Positions 1 through 13,305 are shown, numbered from the stretch's first letter. The stretch: 64,000 nt of DNA from Octopus vulgaris (GCA_951406725.2 OX597817.1:31000001-31064000), one strand, 5' to 3'. Made by a program: numbers and translations. The notes: a model not told the origin generated them from the letters alone.

Positions 1-26
1 AAATCAAAAGGTTTGTTGTTTTCTAC

Positions 27-62
27 ATGTGTCTGTGTGTGTATATATGTGTGTGCGTGGGT

Positions 63-141
<79 letters not shown>
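27..141. repeat. (GT)n microsatellite
   Basis: Direct dinucleotide run; explains ORF 13..261. Confidence 0.95.
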
Positions 142-144
<3 letters not shown>

Positions 145-716
145 GTATTACTTTTAGAGTTTAAAATATTGTGCGAGTTATTCAGAACCCTCAAGTTTCT
201 TGTTAATTATTTTTCGAAAATATTACGCAACAAACTAAGACCAACTTTGAAACTCCTATAGAATGTTCAGCTCCACAACTAATAAAATTATCCTGAGGTG
301 TAAATATTGCATGACAAAACTCAATTTAAATCAGTTTTTAGTTCATTAAAATCTACATTGGAATCTACTGGGTGACTGAAGAGATAGTCGTTTACAAATA
401 TATTTGTAGCAGTACTAACAGGAAGTGGTTCAATTCATGTTTCTGTGTTCGATTAAGTAAATAGTAGGTAATGGTGTCGATGTAATCAACTAACTCCATT
501 TCTACATCTGACCCTGTGCCTATGTGAGAAATTATTTGTAATAAAGTATTACTTTGCTAAAGTATTAATCATCCACGCAAATAAAAAAAAACTAATAAAA
601 TCTACAAACGTACAATAGTGGAACAATTTTTCGAAATTTCATTCTTCTAAGTGCAATGATATAAACCAAAATATTCACATTTGACCATACTTTTCAATAG
701 GGAGTTTAATGAAAGT

Positions 717-1107
717 GTGGAGGCGCAATGGCCCAGTGGTTAGGGCAGCGGACTCGCGGTCATAGGATCGCGGTTTCGATTCCCAGACCGGGCGTTGTGA
801 ATGTTTATTGAGCGAAAACACCTAAAGCTCCACGAGGCTCCGGCAGGGGTTGGTGGTGATCCCTGCTGTACTCTTTCACCACAACTTTCTCTCACTCTTA
901 CTTCCTGTTTCTGTTGTACCTGTATTTCAAAGGGCCGGCCTTGTCACTCTCTGTGTCACGCTGAATATGCCCGAGAACTACGTTAAGGGTACACGTGTCT
1001 GTGGAGTGCTCAGCCACTTACACGTTAATTTCACGAGCAGGCTGTTTCGTTGATTCGGATCAACCGGAACCCTTGTCGTCGTAACCGACGGAGTGCTTCC
1101 TCCTTCC
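717..1107 (+). mobile_element. tRNA-derived SINE, family A (Octopus OR-like), full length
   Basis: A-box TGGCCCAGTGG and B-box GGTTTCGATTCCC; 10-bp TSD TAATGAAAGT at 707-716 and 1108-1117; near-identical copies at 30619 and 35545. Confidence 0.9.
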
Positions 1108-1418
1108 TAATGAAAGTAGAGTAGAGTGACACAACGTCCGTCGATTTCTGTTCATGAACTTGTAGTTTTGGTTCGAGTTGCTGTGCAAATGTTCTACCAG
1201 GTGTCAGAGTAAACAACTCAAGGTAATTTTCAAGAATGTTGATAAGTTCAGTTGGCTCACTCACATAAAGCTTAACTTTAACTTTACTTTTGTTATCTTC
1301 TGATGGAGTTTAATTTTTTATTGAAGCGCTACCTTCTCGCCCACTGGGGAAAATGAATGTGAGCACATAAGAATTTGATTCCAATAGGTCAATTTCTGTG
1401 ATCATAACGTTGACCATA

Positions 1419-2308
1419 TGTGGTCTGATCAATAAGTATCCGAACTGTTACCATAGTAACGAAGCTAAAGCACATAGATTGAAGTCAAAGGCACAGAATG
1501 ACCTTAAGCTCTGCTGTGCATGCGCACTAAGTTTTAACGTTCTAGCTCTCTTCCGCTATTAACAGCAGTGCTTGGAAGGAACGTGTGTAGCGTGTGATCG
1601 ACGCATTCACAATGATAGAGTAAGTTGAGCAGAAAATCTGCATCAAGTTTTGCCAAAATTTTGGCAATACCTGCTCAGAAGCCTACGCAAAGTTTCCAAA
1701 AATATTTCATCGTTCTCGACACGATCAAAATCTTGTGCAACTGAACCCCCAGTGTCTTTTTGGTCAGCTGAAAGAAATTTTGGTACAAACTTGGCAGACA
1801 CGCGTCTCGTACCCAAATCTTCAGTAATAATGGACTGAACTGAAGCATAACTAATCTGCACATCCTTTGATAATTCACGGATGGTGATTCGCCGATTTCC
1901 CCTCACGGCTGCATGCACATTTGCGATGTTTTTCTCAGTTCTGCTTCTCGCGGGTCTCCCAGAACGTTCGTCACCATCCAGAATTTCTCCGCCTTGCTGG
2001 AACGTCTGAACCACTCGTACACTTGTGTGCTGTTCATACACTCCTCTCCGTACACTTTCTGCAAGCTTGCATCGGCCTCTGAGCAGGTATCGCCATGACA
2101 ACTCTCTCTGTCATGGTCAATGCAACGCTCACACGCTACACTCCTTCCTTCCAAGCACTGCTGTAAACAGCGGAAGTGAACTAGAACGTTAAAACTTAGT
2201 GCGCGTGTACAGCAGAGTTCAAAATCAATCTGTGCCAAGCAGTTTTACTCTTCGTACCTTAGCGACGTTACGATAGCAACAGTCCAGTTACCTATTGATC
2301 AGACCTCG
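1419..2308. mobile_element. Fold-back mariner derivative with two 5' ends
   Basis: TA flanks at 1417-18 and 2309-10; termini (t/c)G(t/a)GGTCTGATCAATA inverted; ~250-280 bp inverted arms include the 5'UTR and transposase start. Confidence 0.85.
1690..2114 (-). pseudogene. Mariner transposase N-terminal HTH region, frameshifted, lacking the catalytic domain
   Basis: KVYGEECM..TQVYEWFRR, RSGRP, RRITIREL, LGTRRVSAKFVPKFLS in ORFs 1903..2238 and 1643..2101. Confidence 0.85.
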
Positions 2309-2979
2309 TATTTCGGACATACCCACTTAACAGAACATTTTCCGACAAGGACAAATAGATTGACAAGCTTATTTCTGAGTTGCTTTTTTAGGAAAGTGGA
2401 TGAGATGTTCATAAAGAGTTGAATGAAATGATGTTCAGAATAAGTTTCGCAATGACTGTAATGTGTCAAGTAGGACAGGCTCCCATGCACAAATATGTAG
2501 AGTTTTAGATTCTTGGGTTAATGCTATTGCTTTCCAAGCATTCTAGCGGAAAGGTATGGTACAGAGTGGTTATTTGAAATATCATCCCTATGACACAAGA
2601 ACCACTTCAGTTCGATAGACAAGAAGGGGCTCGATCCGAGGAGACATATTCAGCAAACCGAAAATAGGAAATGACATAGTCAAACAAAAATTTGAAATCG
2701 ATGACGAAATGTCGTAACAGCAATCTACATTTATTAGTTGACGACGAAATAAACAGACGCTCGGAAATCTATGCTTGATAGCCTATAATAGGGACAGATT
2801 TACTTGGAGATTTTCTTTTATCGTCATTCTGTATCTAGTTAGATTTATGAGTAACTTTTAGTTTTTGCTGTATTCCTCTTTGATGTTACCACAAATTGTG
2901 GCGTTATCTATGTAAGCGTACATGCTCTCCATCTTATTTTCACAAATAATGTTTGTCTATAATTCTTTGGAAACTTGCA

Positions 2980-3200
2980 ACCCAAATCGCTCTACGTAAG
3001 TCGGTAGTACTAAAAATCCGTCATAAAGCTATTTTTTTGTTAACTACGTCACTTTAGTTACTCAGCGAGTAATCACCTATGTGGATGAAATTATCAATAG
3101 TTTCGGAATGGTCAACTACTTTTGTTGCTATAGTTAACGACATGGATTTGGCAGAGCAAGTTATTTGGTCTGATAATGATTTCTTTAAACATTTTATTCA
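2980..3200 (+). pseudogene. Possible highly decayed Tc1/mariner-superfamily transposase fragment
   Basis: Manual translation NDMDLAEQVIWSDNDFFK resembles the first catalytic-Asp motif (I.WSDE.F). Confidence 0.25.
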
Positions 3201-4477
3201 CTTTAGATCAAGTGAACTCGACAGTATCAGATGATGTAAATTTACAGGATTTCGTAGGATCAAGGTTAATGTTTGACTACAGCTTATAGATCAATTACAG
3301 ATTACACATCTGTTATTAGCGAGGCCAAAGAGCAAACCACCACGACCGATTAAATGCCAGCAAATACCCTGAAAGAAAACCACTGATAATAACGTCCGCG
3401 CAGCAGTCAGTACGAGGAAACGTTTTTCACTACAATACCTTTAAATTTAGTTCACGATATTTCTTGACTGGCACAGTCAAATTAACTGAAGCTATCAACA
3501 TCATATATTTATAATCTATAGTTAGCAACCTACGGTTACACGTAACTGATACACAGATAAAATGTTCAGAACTGTCTTTTTCACCGAGACCATTCAGATT
3601 CTGTAAACCCTCAAATTAGTTAAATACTTTTTTTTAATAAAGATGGTACATAGGCAGGTTTTGCAAGAAAAAGAGACGTGCTTAGTATTTGGTTTCCTAC
3701 ACATATTTTTTAATGTGTCCCTATTTTTTACGCTTGAGACAAGTAGTATTATGGTCTAGACATTTGGTACAAACATGTCACTTTAGAATTCTTACAGGTA
3801 TAACATACCTGCGCAGAGAAAATCTATTTAGATGTCAGTTGGAAAATACTTCTCTGGTCACTTCAAGAGAGATTAGATTATGATTTTCTAATAGAAGAGC
3901 AGAATTTTAGATCTAATATTTTTTCCTTATTACTTCCCAATATACTTGACTAATATACAGATGAAATCAAAAGTAGTTTTCTTTTCCAGTAGCCAGGCTT
4001 GGCAGAAGAGATTCCGTTTCAGAATTAATCGCTAATATATTAGTCTTTGCATATGGCTACAGCGACGTTTTTTTAACTATTGCAGTTATCAGTTCATATG
4101 AATATAACTTTATAACTCGTAAAAAGAAATAGCCTATGCGTAACGTTGCACAAAGTCAAAAGATCTATTGGTAATGCGTTTCAGTTTTCCAGATTGCAAT
4201 ACACGCTCCCTACAAGCTGCAGCGGTTTTAGTAAATTAAATTAGAAGTAATTTTAGAGCAAGCTTTAACAGTACGCCTTTCTGAGTAATTTATAAGAAAT
4301 TCTAACCTGACGGTTACACTAACAGGTAAAGGCATTTAGAAAAGCTAGTAGTATACAAGCCAGTCGTAGCGAGTATTAATTTCAGCATCTTATGTGTATT
4401 CCACTATTTCTATTGCTATTATATTTAAAAAATTATTTACACAAAAGGTTTCATAATATATATAATACTAAATAAAA

Positions 4478-4827
4478 TAAAGTATACTAACCATCTCAAT
4501 ATGGCTAACCACAAAGGGTGGGTGTTACTGAAGCTTTTAGCCCCAGGAGATCATCGTCTCTAGCTGGCTTTAGGCACACTATCTGTGCCCTTATGGTATT
4601 TGCAAAGGGAGGTCATCCCTTTCTCGTAAGCCTAAGTGATACGCACGGACCGCAGTTTCGAGGTATCACTTAGGCATACGAGAAAGGGATGACCTTCCTT
4701 TGCAAATACCATAAGAGCACAGATAGTGTGCCTAAAGCCAGCTAGAGACGATGATCACCTGGGGCTAAAAGCTTCAGTAACACCCACCCTTTGTGGTTAG
4801 CCATATTGAGATGGCTATTATACTTTA
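4478..4827. repeat. Near-perfect palindrome: ~165-bp arms, 20-nt spacer (possible Penelope-derived inverted insertion)
   Basis: 4478-4642 is the reverse complement of 4663-4827 with few mismatches. Confidence 0.9.
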
Positions 4828-5410
4828 CATTGTCGAGCGGTTACTGTTTATATCTCGTTCAGTGATTTATTATTACTAAATAAAGTGTTACATATTTATA
4901 GCATGCAAATTAACCTCTCCAATTCTCTGAAGCTACTGGATATGTTACGTATATAAATAGATTGGCTACTTATATAACGGGTATTACTTGAGTGATGTGG
5001 GTATCTCTGATGAAAACAAAATATGGTTAAAGAATTAGTGAAATGTTTCTTTTAATCTACGGAAAAAATAGTTAGATTTGCCCTGTTCATATATTTACCG
5101 CACAGGCTACTCACACACGCACACATATTCTGTAAAGTCGGAAAAAAATACCACCAAACATTTTGTCCGGCGCGGTAATGATTCTGCCAGCATACCGCTT
5201 TCTTCTACATTATTTATTGAACTCATTTCTCCCGTATATAAAACCAAACATTCTCATGTGTGTATATGCGTGCATGTGTGCATTTACAATTAATTACCTT
5301 ATATTTCTTGAGAGATTTTTATATACACTTTCCTAGTCATAGGACAATACTTTGAAGATACTTATTCAAACATTTACTCCGCTTTAACTTATCCCAAACC
5401 CTTTCTTACT

Positions 5411-5585
<175 letters not shown>

Positions 5586-5629
5586 CTTCTCTTACCTCTC
5601 TTTCTCTATCCATTTTTCTCGATGCTAGT

Positions 5630-5765
5630 ATGGATATCATTGTTCAGTTTTATTTCAAGATTTCTAACCTAGATCCAAGTCGCCTTCACTGGAATATCAA
5701 CATCAACAAAAGGGTCTTTTGTATGTATGTATGTATGTATGTATGTATGTATCTATGTATGTATG
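5630..5765 (-). repeat. Short dispersed repeat attached to (TACA)n
   Basis: Similar to 13636-13800 (+) and 46845-46942 (-): GGATCTAGGTTAGAAA...TCTTGAAATAAA. Confidence 0.55.
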
Positions 5766-5777
5766 GCAGAAAAAATA

Positions 5778-5808
<31 letters not shown>

Positions 5809-6405
5809 GGACGGAACCTCTCTGCTTCTCTTTCGTCCTATTTCTTTATTTCACACTCTTCTCTTTTCTCTTTCCCACTGTTACTGATATTTTGCATTGA
5901 GACTCTCAGATTAGCTTCTGTATTGGATTCAATATCAACTTAACCTTTGACTTGAGCTGATGTAATCAGTCAGTTCTATTATTGCATTCAGCAAGTTAGC
6001 CAGGAGTATATTTATGTATGCATAAACACGCACGCGCTCGCGCACACACAAACACACACACACACAAACACCCGCACACGGACACATATAATGCTCTTAT
6101 CTGCATATTCCACGATTACACACTCAAAATACACTTGCCTTACATACAAATGGTATTTATATAAACACAGTAAAATTATCCCTATACATATACATATAAG
6201 AAAATGAATACATCCACTTAAACAAAGCTCGTACATAGATAACATGACTAGTAATTAGGTCTTGTAAATTCATTTGCTACAAGCTTGCAGAATAAACGAC
6301 ACTATAACTTCATTTATACATTTCACTTACATGAATATTTATATAAGTATATTCACTTATCGCATACACGCACACATAAAAATATACGTCTAAATTTACA
6401 TATAT

Positions 6406-6454
<49 letters not shown>

Positions 6455-6599
6455 TCTGTACATACACTACCACCGCCTCCAAACGCACATCCATATATAT
6501 ATATATATATTGAGAGAGAGAGGAAGAGAAATGGTTGATGGAGAGATAGATTATATATTGAAGTTATAAGCTCACATATAGCATTTTGCTTGCACTACA

Positions 6600-6683
6600 C
6601 TCACATACACACACATCCATCCATCCATCCATCCATCCATACATACATACATACATACATACATACATACATACATACATACA

Positions 6684-6714
<31 letters not shown>

Positions 6715-6715
6715 G
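6600..6715. repeat. (CATC)n-(CATA)n microsatellite
   Basis: Direct. Confidence 0.95.
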
Positions 6716-6866
6716 GACAGCCATGAAACAATCGTAGTGTTATACTAATCATCTTTTTTTAATAATTTTGATATATATTTAAAATAATATAAATTAATTA
6801 ATCTTATGTATTGGCTTAAGTTTTTCATTGTATGATTTGCCTAATAGTGGTTTTATCTCTAATTTA

Positions 6867-6899
<33 letters not shown>

Positions 6900-7575
6900 G
6901 GGTTTGTGTGTGTGTGTGTGTGTGTGTATTTAAATGCGGTAACAAACAATTTAGAACTGTGGTATAATGATATAACATATCCTCTGAAATTAATTAAGCC
7001 ATATATGTGTATCTTTTGGCCTGGTAGACAAAAATGTTGCAACGTTTGATTTTTGTCAGTATATTCATTATCATATTCCACTTAAATTGTATTTTGCAAT
7101 CGCTTATCATCTGATAGGAGTGTTTATGCATATATGTTTTGTTTTACTATTAATTATTTAAATTTTTTCTTATAAAAAAACCAGTTTGTAACTAATAAGT
7201 AAATTTTGATACAGGAATTAATAAATAAATAACACTTAGTACCAGAGTTTTAGAAAAGTCTGAAAATATTCTCACTGTATCTTTTGGAAATTTACACACT
7301 ATGATGTTTTCCTTTGCCTGAAAATTCAAGAAACAAATCAGGATTATTATTCAATAATTTAGTCATATTGCCCAGTATACGAACAACTATACATCCAATT
7401 GTAAATGTACGTTATAGTTTGAGAATTCCTAGGTATCAAAACAGTTGTCCGTACATATCTATCTCCCAGCTATAGTTGACTGTTATAAACTATGATATTA
7501 CTCTTTTTATGCTTGCATTTGAAAGGAAACTTTCAGCAAAATTACTTGTGCTGAAACATATGCGTTCTTGAGTGT

Positions 7576-7580
<5 letters not shown>

Positions 7581-7647
<67 letters not shown>
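7581..7647. repeat. (TA)n microsatellite
   Basis: Direct. Confidence 0.95.
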
Positions 7648-7648
<1 letters not shown>

Positions 7649-9010
7649 ATGGACAATCGTTGTATAGCAATAGCGCCAATCCAAGTATGAAATTAATATT
7701 TCTTTAAATTTGATGACATTTTCCTGTAAGCGCCCTCAGGCATGTACGTAATAGAATCAGCGTTTTCGATCAAATCTTATTTGATTAAGGGTTTCGCTGC
7801 TTCTTTTGTTCAACGGAAATTGTGTAGACATTTGTTTGTTGAATTTGGATTCAACGATATCATCTTCAAAATATGACGTAATCTACAGGGCTTCCTTATT
7901 TCTATAGGAATTACTATGAAAAGTAAATGTTCTCTGCAGACTTATCGAGTTATTTATAAATAGATGCATACATACCGAACCGCACGCACATATGAATAGA
8001 CACACACATAAACACATGCACATACGCACGCACACATATAATACATACTCACACATACACATATCACACACACACTCACACACACAAACACACACTCATA
8101 CACACTCTCTGTCTCTCACACACACACGTGAGTGTGTGTAGGAATGTGTATTTAATAGTTTGCACTACAACCATTTTCACTCCAGGATATCTGCGGGGAT
8201 CCTTCAAACATACAGGAATCAAAAAGCTCGGAGTGTGAAACATTAGCTAAAAAGTAGTTAGCTCCACTCCACACTAGTGTTTTGTATTAAAACCACACAC
8301 GAAACTAAACGATTTAGACTGAAGTAATTTCAGTAAAAGAAGAGCTATATACATACTTATACACAAACACTCATTAACACACACACTTACATATCCTCAT
8401 ATATGTACGTATTAACATACATATAAATGGATATAATTAGCCACTACAGTTCGTCGCTATATCTACAATGGTTACTTCTGTCCACAGTTCAACAATCCAA
8501 TAATGTTACATAAAATACGTTACTCGTCTCTGAAGATTTGACATCTTGATTAAGGAATTTACATTAAGTAACTAGTCGTCATTATTTGTTATTGAAATGT
8601 ACGTAAGATGATGTAGCGAAGTAGCGTATAAAAACTCTCACATTGAGTTCAACTTGGTATAAATATGTGTTTGTGTATGTATTGTATATATATAAGCATA
8701 CGTATATAACATATGTAGAGTGTATGAATGTGTGTGTATACATACGTATATATATATGCATAATTATTTTGGAGGAATAAATGATTTCGAAAAACATATA
8801 AAGCTGTAAACAATAGCATGTAAATAATGGGTGGAAAAACTTTTGAATAGAAAACATTGTCGAAGGCTGCATTGGGTACTCGAACCCTCATCACCTGTAG
8901 ACATGACGTCAGCGATATATATGTGTGTGTGTGTGTGTATAAAAGAATGTAGTGTAAAGCTGGAACAATGCGAGAAGGTACAAAGTAAACTACAATATAT
9001 ATATATGCGC

Positions 9011-9309
9011 TTTTTTCAAGCCTAGGCAGGCTCATGGGCCCAGTTTCCCGGTTTCTATAGCGTTTGTTTTCCCCCCAGCTGGGCGGAACGCCAGTCCATC
9101 GCAGCATTACTCAAGAAACAGGAAGAAAGAGTTAGAGAAAGTTGGGGCGAAAGAGCACAACAGGGGTCGCCACCACTTCCTGCCGGAGACTCGTGGAGCT
9201 TTAGGTGTTTTCGCTCAATAAACACATACAACGGCCGGTCTGGGAATCGAAACCGCGATCCTCTGACCGCGAGTCCGCTGCCCTAACCACTGGGCCATTG
9301 CGCCTCCAC
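9011..9309 (-). mobile_element. tRNA-derived SINE with family-A head and an alternative 3' tail
   Basis: 9113-9309 matches the family A 5' half; 9011-9112 matches the 3' part of the SINE at 29344-29600. Confidence 0.8.
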
Positions 9310-9327
9310 AAGAAATTAGATTTGGAC

Positions 9328-9399
9328 TGCCGTGACCAGGATTCGAACATAGGTTACCACGGCCACAACGTGGGGTCCCAACAACTAGACAATCACGGC
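9328..9399 (-). tRNA. tRNA-His(GTG)-like gene, probably a pseudogene
   Basis: Minus strand reads GCCGTGATTGTCTAGTTGTTGGGACCCCACGTTGTGGCCGTGGTAACCTATGTTCGAATCCTGGTCACGGCA (72 nt). Acceptor stem GCCGTGA/TCACGGC is intact; anticodon GTG at 9364-9366; D-loop GG changed to TG and one T-stem mismatch. Confidence 0.85.
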
Positions 9400-9410
9400 T
9401 AATTGTCCAG

Positions 9411-9449
<39 letters not shown>

Positions 9450-9532
9450 AAAATAAGATATCAAAAGAATAAGAATTTATAGAAAATAAGAAGAAATGTA
9501 TATAAGAACAGGCGATTAAAATCCATATTTCT

Positions 9533-9595
9533 TGCAGCTAGTTTAATGATTATATTGTTCAACTAAAAGGAGCCGCTTGAAACGGCCGTACTGCA
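9533..9595 (+). ncRNA. Degenerate hammerhead-like remnant
   Basis: Stem I TGCAG/CTGCA flanks GAAAC-GGCC-GTA; CTGATGA core not intact; cassette lies between (TA)n runs. Confidence 0.3.
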
Positions 9596-12500
9596 TTACT
9601 ACTTGACATCCTTTTCTTTTAATTATATATGTGTATATATATATATATATATATGGCTACCAATCTAGAGTGGCACTCACAAGGGATTTAAATCATGTAC
9701 TTGTTGCATAGCAAGCGGCTACGTTACTTCTAGCAGTTAAGCCTTATCGCACGGCATAAAATGAGTGTTTCGTAAATTGTTTACTAGTATAAACTATCAG
9801 TACATTAGCAATAATGTAATTCATCTTCACTTAACTACCAAAGGATTAATTGGAATCTTATTATATAACTGGTGAAAGAAGCTCACGTTTCTGTCTTATT
9901 TGAACTTCTCCTCGAAGCCTATTCTACTCAAATTTCCCCTGTTATTTTTTTGTATATCGGTAGTTAGAATAGAGTGACGTGATTATGAATATCGACATTT
10001 TTACTGTCAGTTTTAAAAATCACAATGTAAATTAAAAATTGATTTTTTTCCGAAAATGATTTAGACAGAATTGGTGCCCGTCACGAACTAATTTTAGTAT
10101 CAGGTTTTCGATCAAATCTAATTGAAGTCAAATCAAAACACTCAGGAAAATCTGGAACTGCGCGTGTGTTAGAATTCAAAGCAATTTCAAAATTCAATAC
10201 AAAGCCGTTAGTGTGAGAAATTAATTTCTATCAAGGACGCGTTTGACTATGGGCAACGAAGAGAAAGGATTTCAACTCTCATACAAGTGCTCTTTTTTAT
10301 TAGCATGTTTCACTTTGTTTTAAAAGGTAAACATGTATTCGCCATTCAATCCTAGGTTAACCAACAATAAATTTAATTTAATTGTCAAGTATTAATATTA
10401 CGAAAATTAATCAAACAAAAATGAGGTTAGTTCATTATTTAAAGGAACATTAGAAAGTTAATCAACCAGGATTTAATTATTTTTTTAACCTGCCGCAAAT
10501 TAAAATTTGAAGTGCTAATGAAATTATAATTATTCTTAATGGTTTAAACCTTCTGCATTAGAAATGTATTTTATATATTTAAATATTTTCATTTAATGAT
10601 TTCATAATAAACGCAAAAAGTACGAACCTAACAGATATTAATTCACATCATTTTCATCCTAAATTACCATTAAATATTTTTTTCATTAATTTTTAATTAT
10701 TAACGTCTTTGTAGAGATTTGTATGAGCTACAGGTGTAAGAAGCTGGCTTTGAGGTAACTAAAGCTTGTTGTTTTAAAAAGGCAATTCCCTTTAATGACT
10801 TCGCAAATGTTCTTGAGAAAGCATCAACATTACCTCCACTATTGTTCTCTTCTTCTAGACCCCCTTGCTATTTGCTTGGGAGGAGGCACTGAAGTTAGAA
10901 AAGGTTAAACAAATATATTCTTTCTTAAACTTTCATGATAAAAAACACTGAAAAACCAAACAAATGTAGAAATATATCAATGGCAGAACAAATACATTAT
11001 TACACTGAGGTAAAACCAATAAATTATAACCTCCACTATAAAAATGGGTCTAGTACTTGTTTGAAATATACGAATATCTGAGTTTTATCAAATTTAGATG
11101 GTTAAAACTATATACTCTAAAATCTATTTATTTGGCCGAGCCTTCTATAATTCTTGCTAACTTATTGTTCTACAACGTATTGGTTCCTTTACACAGAGCG
11201 GATTACTTTAGAGCAGGAAAACGGTTGGAATGACATTTATGCCTTTCTCCAGAAAATTAACATCTAAAGAAAGTGAAATGGCTTTTAACTAAGAACCAAA
11301 AGCACATAACAAATTTAGATTGCCAAAAGCTTATCTCCAGCTCCACAGCACTTACTAGATAGATAAATAAGATATTGATTAAATATTGATTGAAAAGTTG
11401 TTACTTTCTATAGCATATGTAGTATCTTCAAATATTATCTGAAAAAAAAATGCATTCAACAATTTGCATTGCCTTAGCAGCAAGCTTCAGGCATCGTTTA
11501 CGATTGCTGAATTCTTGTAGTTACTTTCAACTAGAGTATAATTGTATTTAGGAGTGCTGTCATACATTTACTAATTTCAGCTAACCTATATCTAATCCCA
11601 TTTATAATTATAAACTTGATACGACTGATGGATTTCTAATGTCTTCTTTCACACACTCACGTGATAAATCGCATCCATTATTCTGAAGTAAATTCAATAA
11701 GCTATAAACTCCACTACAAAAATTCTCTTATGCACTTCCAAATATACAAATATCGGCGTTTTATTAACCCTAACTGAACAAACCTAGATACTTCAAGATT
11801 TCTTAATTTGGTCGAGCCTTCTATAATTTCCACTAAATATTTCTCGTGCACACAAAGAAATACAATAACCATTTTAAAAATATACCTTAACGTATTACGA
11901 CACTCATTTTCATAGTGAGTAAGCCCTAGTTTGTAATGTTCATTTGAATGCTTAGGTTCAATTCCTAGCAAAGGTGGTCAAAATATCAGTGTTATATCTA
12001 TGACAAAGGTATCGACTCACTAAATTGTAATAAGCGACTAGAAAACTACGAAACTGATGTTTCATTGGTTTACATAAATGAATTCAAATACTATGGGTGG
12101 CTTATTGTAAATCCACCACGCGCACGCGCACACACACTCACACTCACACAAGATATGAATTCTTAGTGGCTCAAGCTTTGAGTCTGAGTTACAGATTGCT
12201 CAACTACAATATGTTATAATGAATTTTAAAACTATAGGTCCACGACAACACGTGATTAGTTTCTAGCACAGATGTACTTAACTAGACAACATTAACAACA
12301 GCAATACAAAGTTCGGTTCATCTTCCTTTCAGTGTTAAAGAGTTTCACCTGAAATAATGCAAAAGGATTTTAGCTATACCATCCCTTATTCGAAATTAAA
12401 ATACATATTCCATTTAGAATGACAATTCCGCTGGTTTGAACGGTAGAGCAACGTTATAAATGTTACACAAAAGTGTTAAATAAATGAATTCAGAGAGTCG

Positions 12501-12699
12501 ATATGTCGTGAGGAGTGAAAGAATCAAATATTTCAAAACCTTGCCCGTCTTTGAAAAGAGAGAAAATGTTAAGGTCATGTCAAGTAGGTTACAGAATTGC
12601 AAATCAGTAAATGCATTAAGTAAAGGAGTGATAGGGAACGGATTAATGTGGAGAGGAAAAGGGAAAAAAAACGAATGGAAAATAGAATAAGTTATATGC

Positions 12700-12960
12700 G
12701 ACTTGTATGATAGTTTAGAAAGTAAAATGTAAGGAAGGATTGGCATCAAGTCATTCTTAATATGTTCTGGCAGATGAAAACATGAATATCTGATCGATGT
12801 TGTTTCTTGCCGCTGGAGAACACTACCTCCCTTTAGGCGATGTCTGTTGATAACACATATATTTAACGATTCACCTGTATAAGAGAAATTCAAGACATCA
12901 CGGTATTCCAACCTTGTTGTGTGTCTCCGCAGTGGAAGCTACCCAACGGACCGTAATTTT
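12700..12960 (-). mobile_element. Decayed CR1/L2-like LINE 3' fragment
   Basis: LPLRR..LEYRDVL, RHRLK and FHLPEHIK resemble a CR1 ORF2 C-terminus. Confidence 0.35.
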
Positions 12961-13069
12961 ACAGACAAAAGTGTTCAGACAAGAGATAGACTGAAATGTA
13001 TAGTAGTTTTTGAAGAAAGGAGTATATCGGATCGATGGGTGAAAACAATGAAAATAAATACTAACAATA

Positions 13070-13305
13070 ACTATTTCTTTACTACCCACAAGAGGCTAAA
13101 CACAAAGAGGACAAACAAGGACAGACAAACGGATTAAGTCGATTATATCGACCCCAGTGCGTAACTGGTTCTTATTTAATTGACCCAGAAAGGATGAAAG
13201 GCAAAGTCGACCTGGGCGGAATTTGAACTCAGAACGTAGCGGCAGACGAAATACCGCTAAGCATTTCGCCCGGAGTGCTAACGATTCTACCAGCTTGCAG
13301 CCTTC
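13070..13305 (-). mobile_element. SINE family B monomer (central GCCTTTCATCCTTTCGGGGTCGAT motif, Meta-domain-like)
   Basis: Head AAGGCGGCGAGCTGGCAGAA-like, B-box GAGTTCAAATTC; 14-bp TSD AAATACTAACAATA at 13056-13069 and 13306-13319. Confidence 0.9.

Noticed and set aside
717-790. tRNA-like sequence at SINE heads
   Set aside because: A and B boxes are present but there is no complete cloverleaf, and the sequence continues into a SINE body with TSDs.
801-1053. Recurrent ORFs MVVIPAVLFHHN / MFIERKHLK (also 30654, 35594) and RPRKDERQSRPRRNLNSER (32263, 58235, 63408)
   Set aside because: They recur only because they lie inside SINE copies; there is no sign of coding constraint.
11131-11828. 22-bp direct repeat TTTGG(C/T)CGAGCCTTCTATAATT
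   Set aside because: Too short to define LTRs or a duplication, with no supporting internal features.
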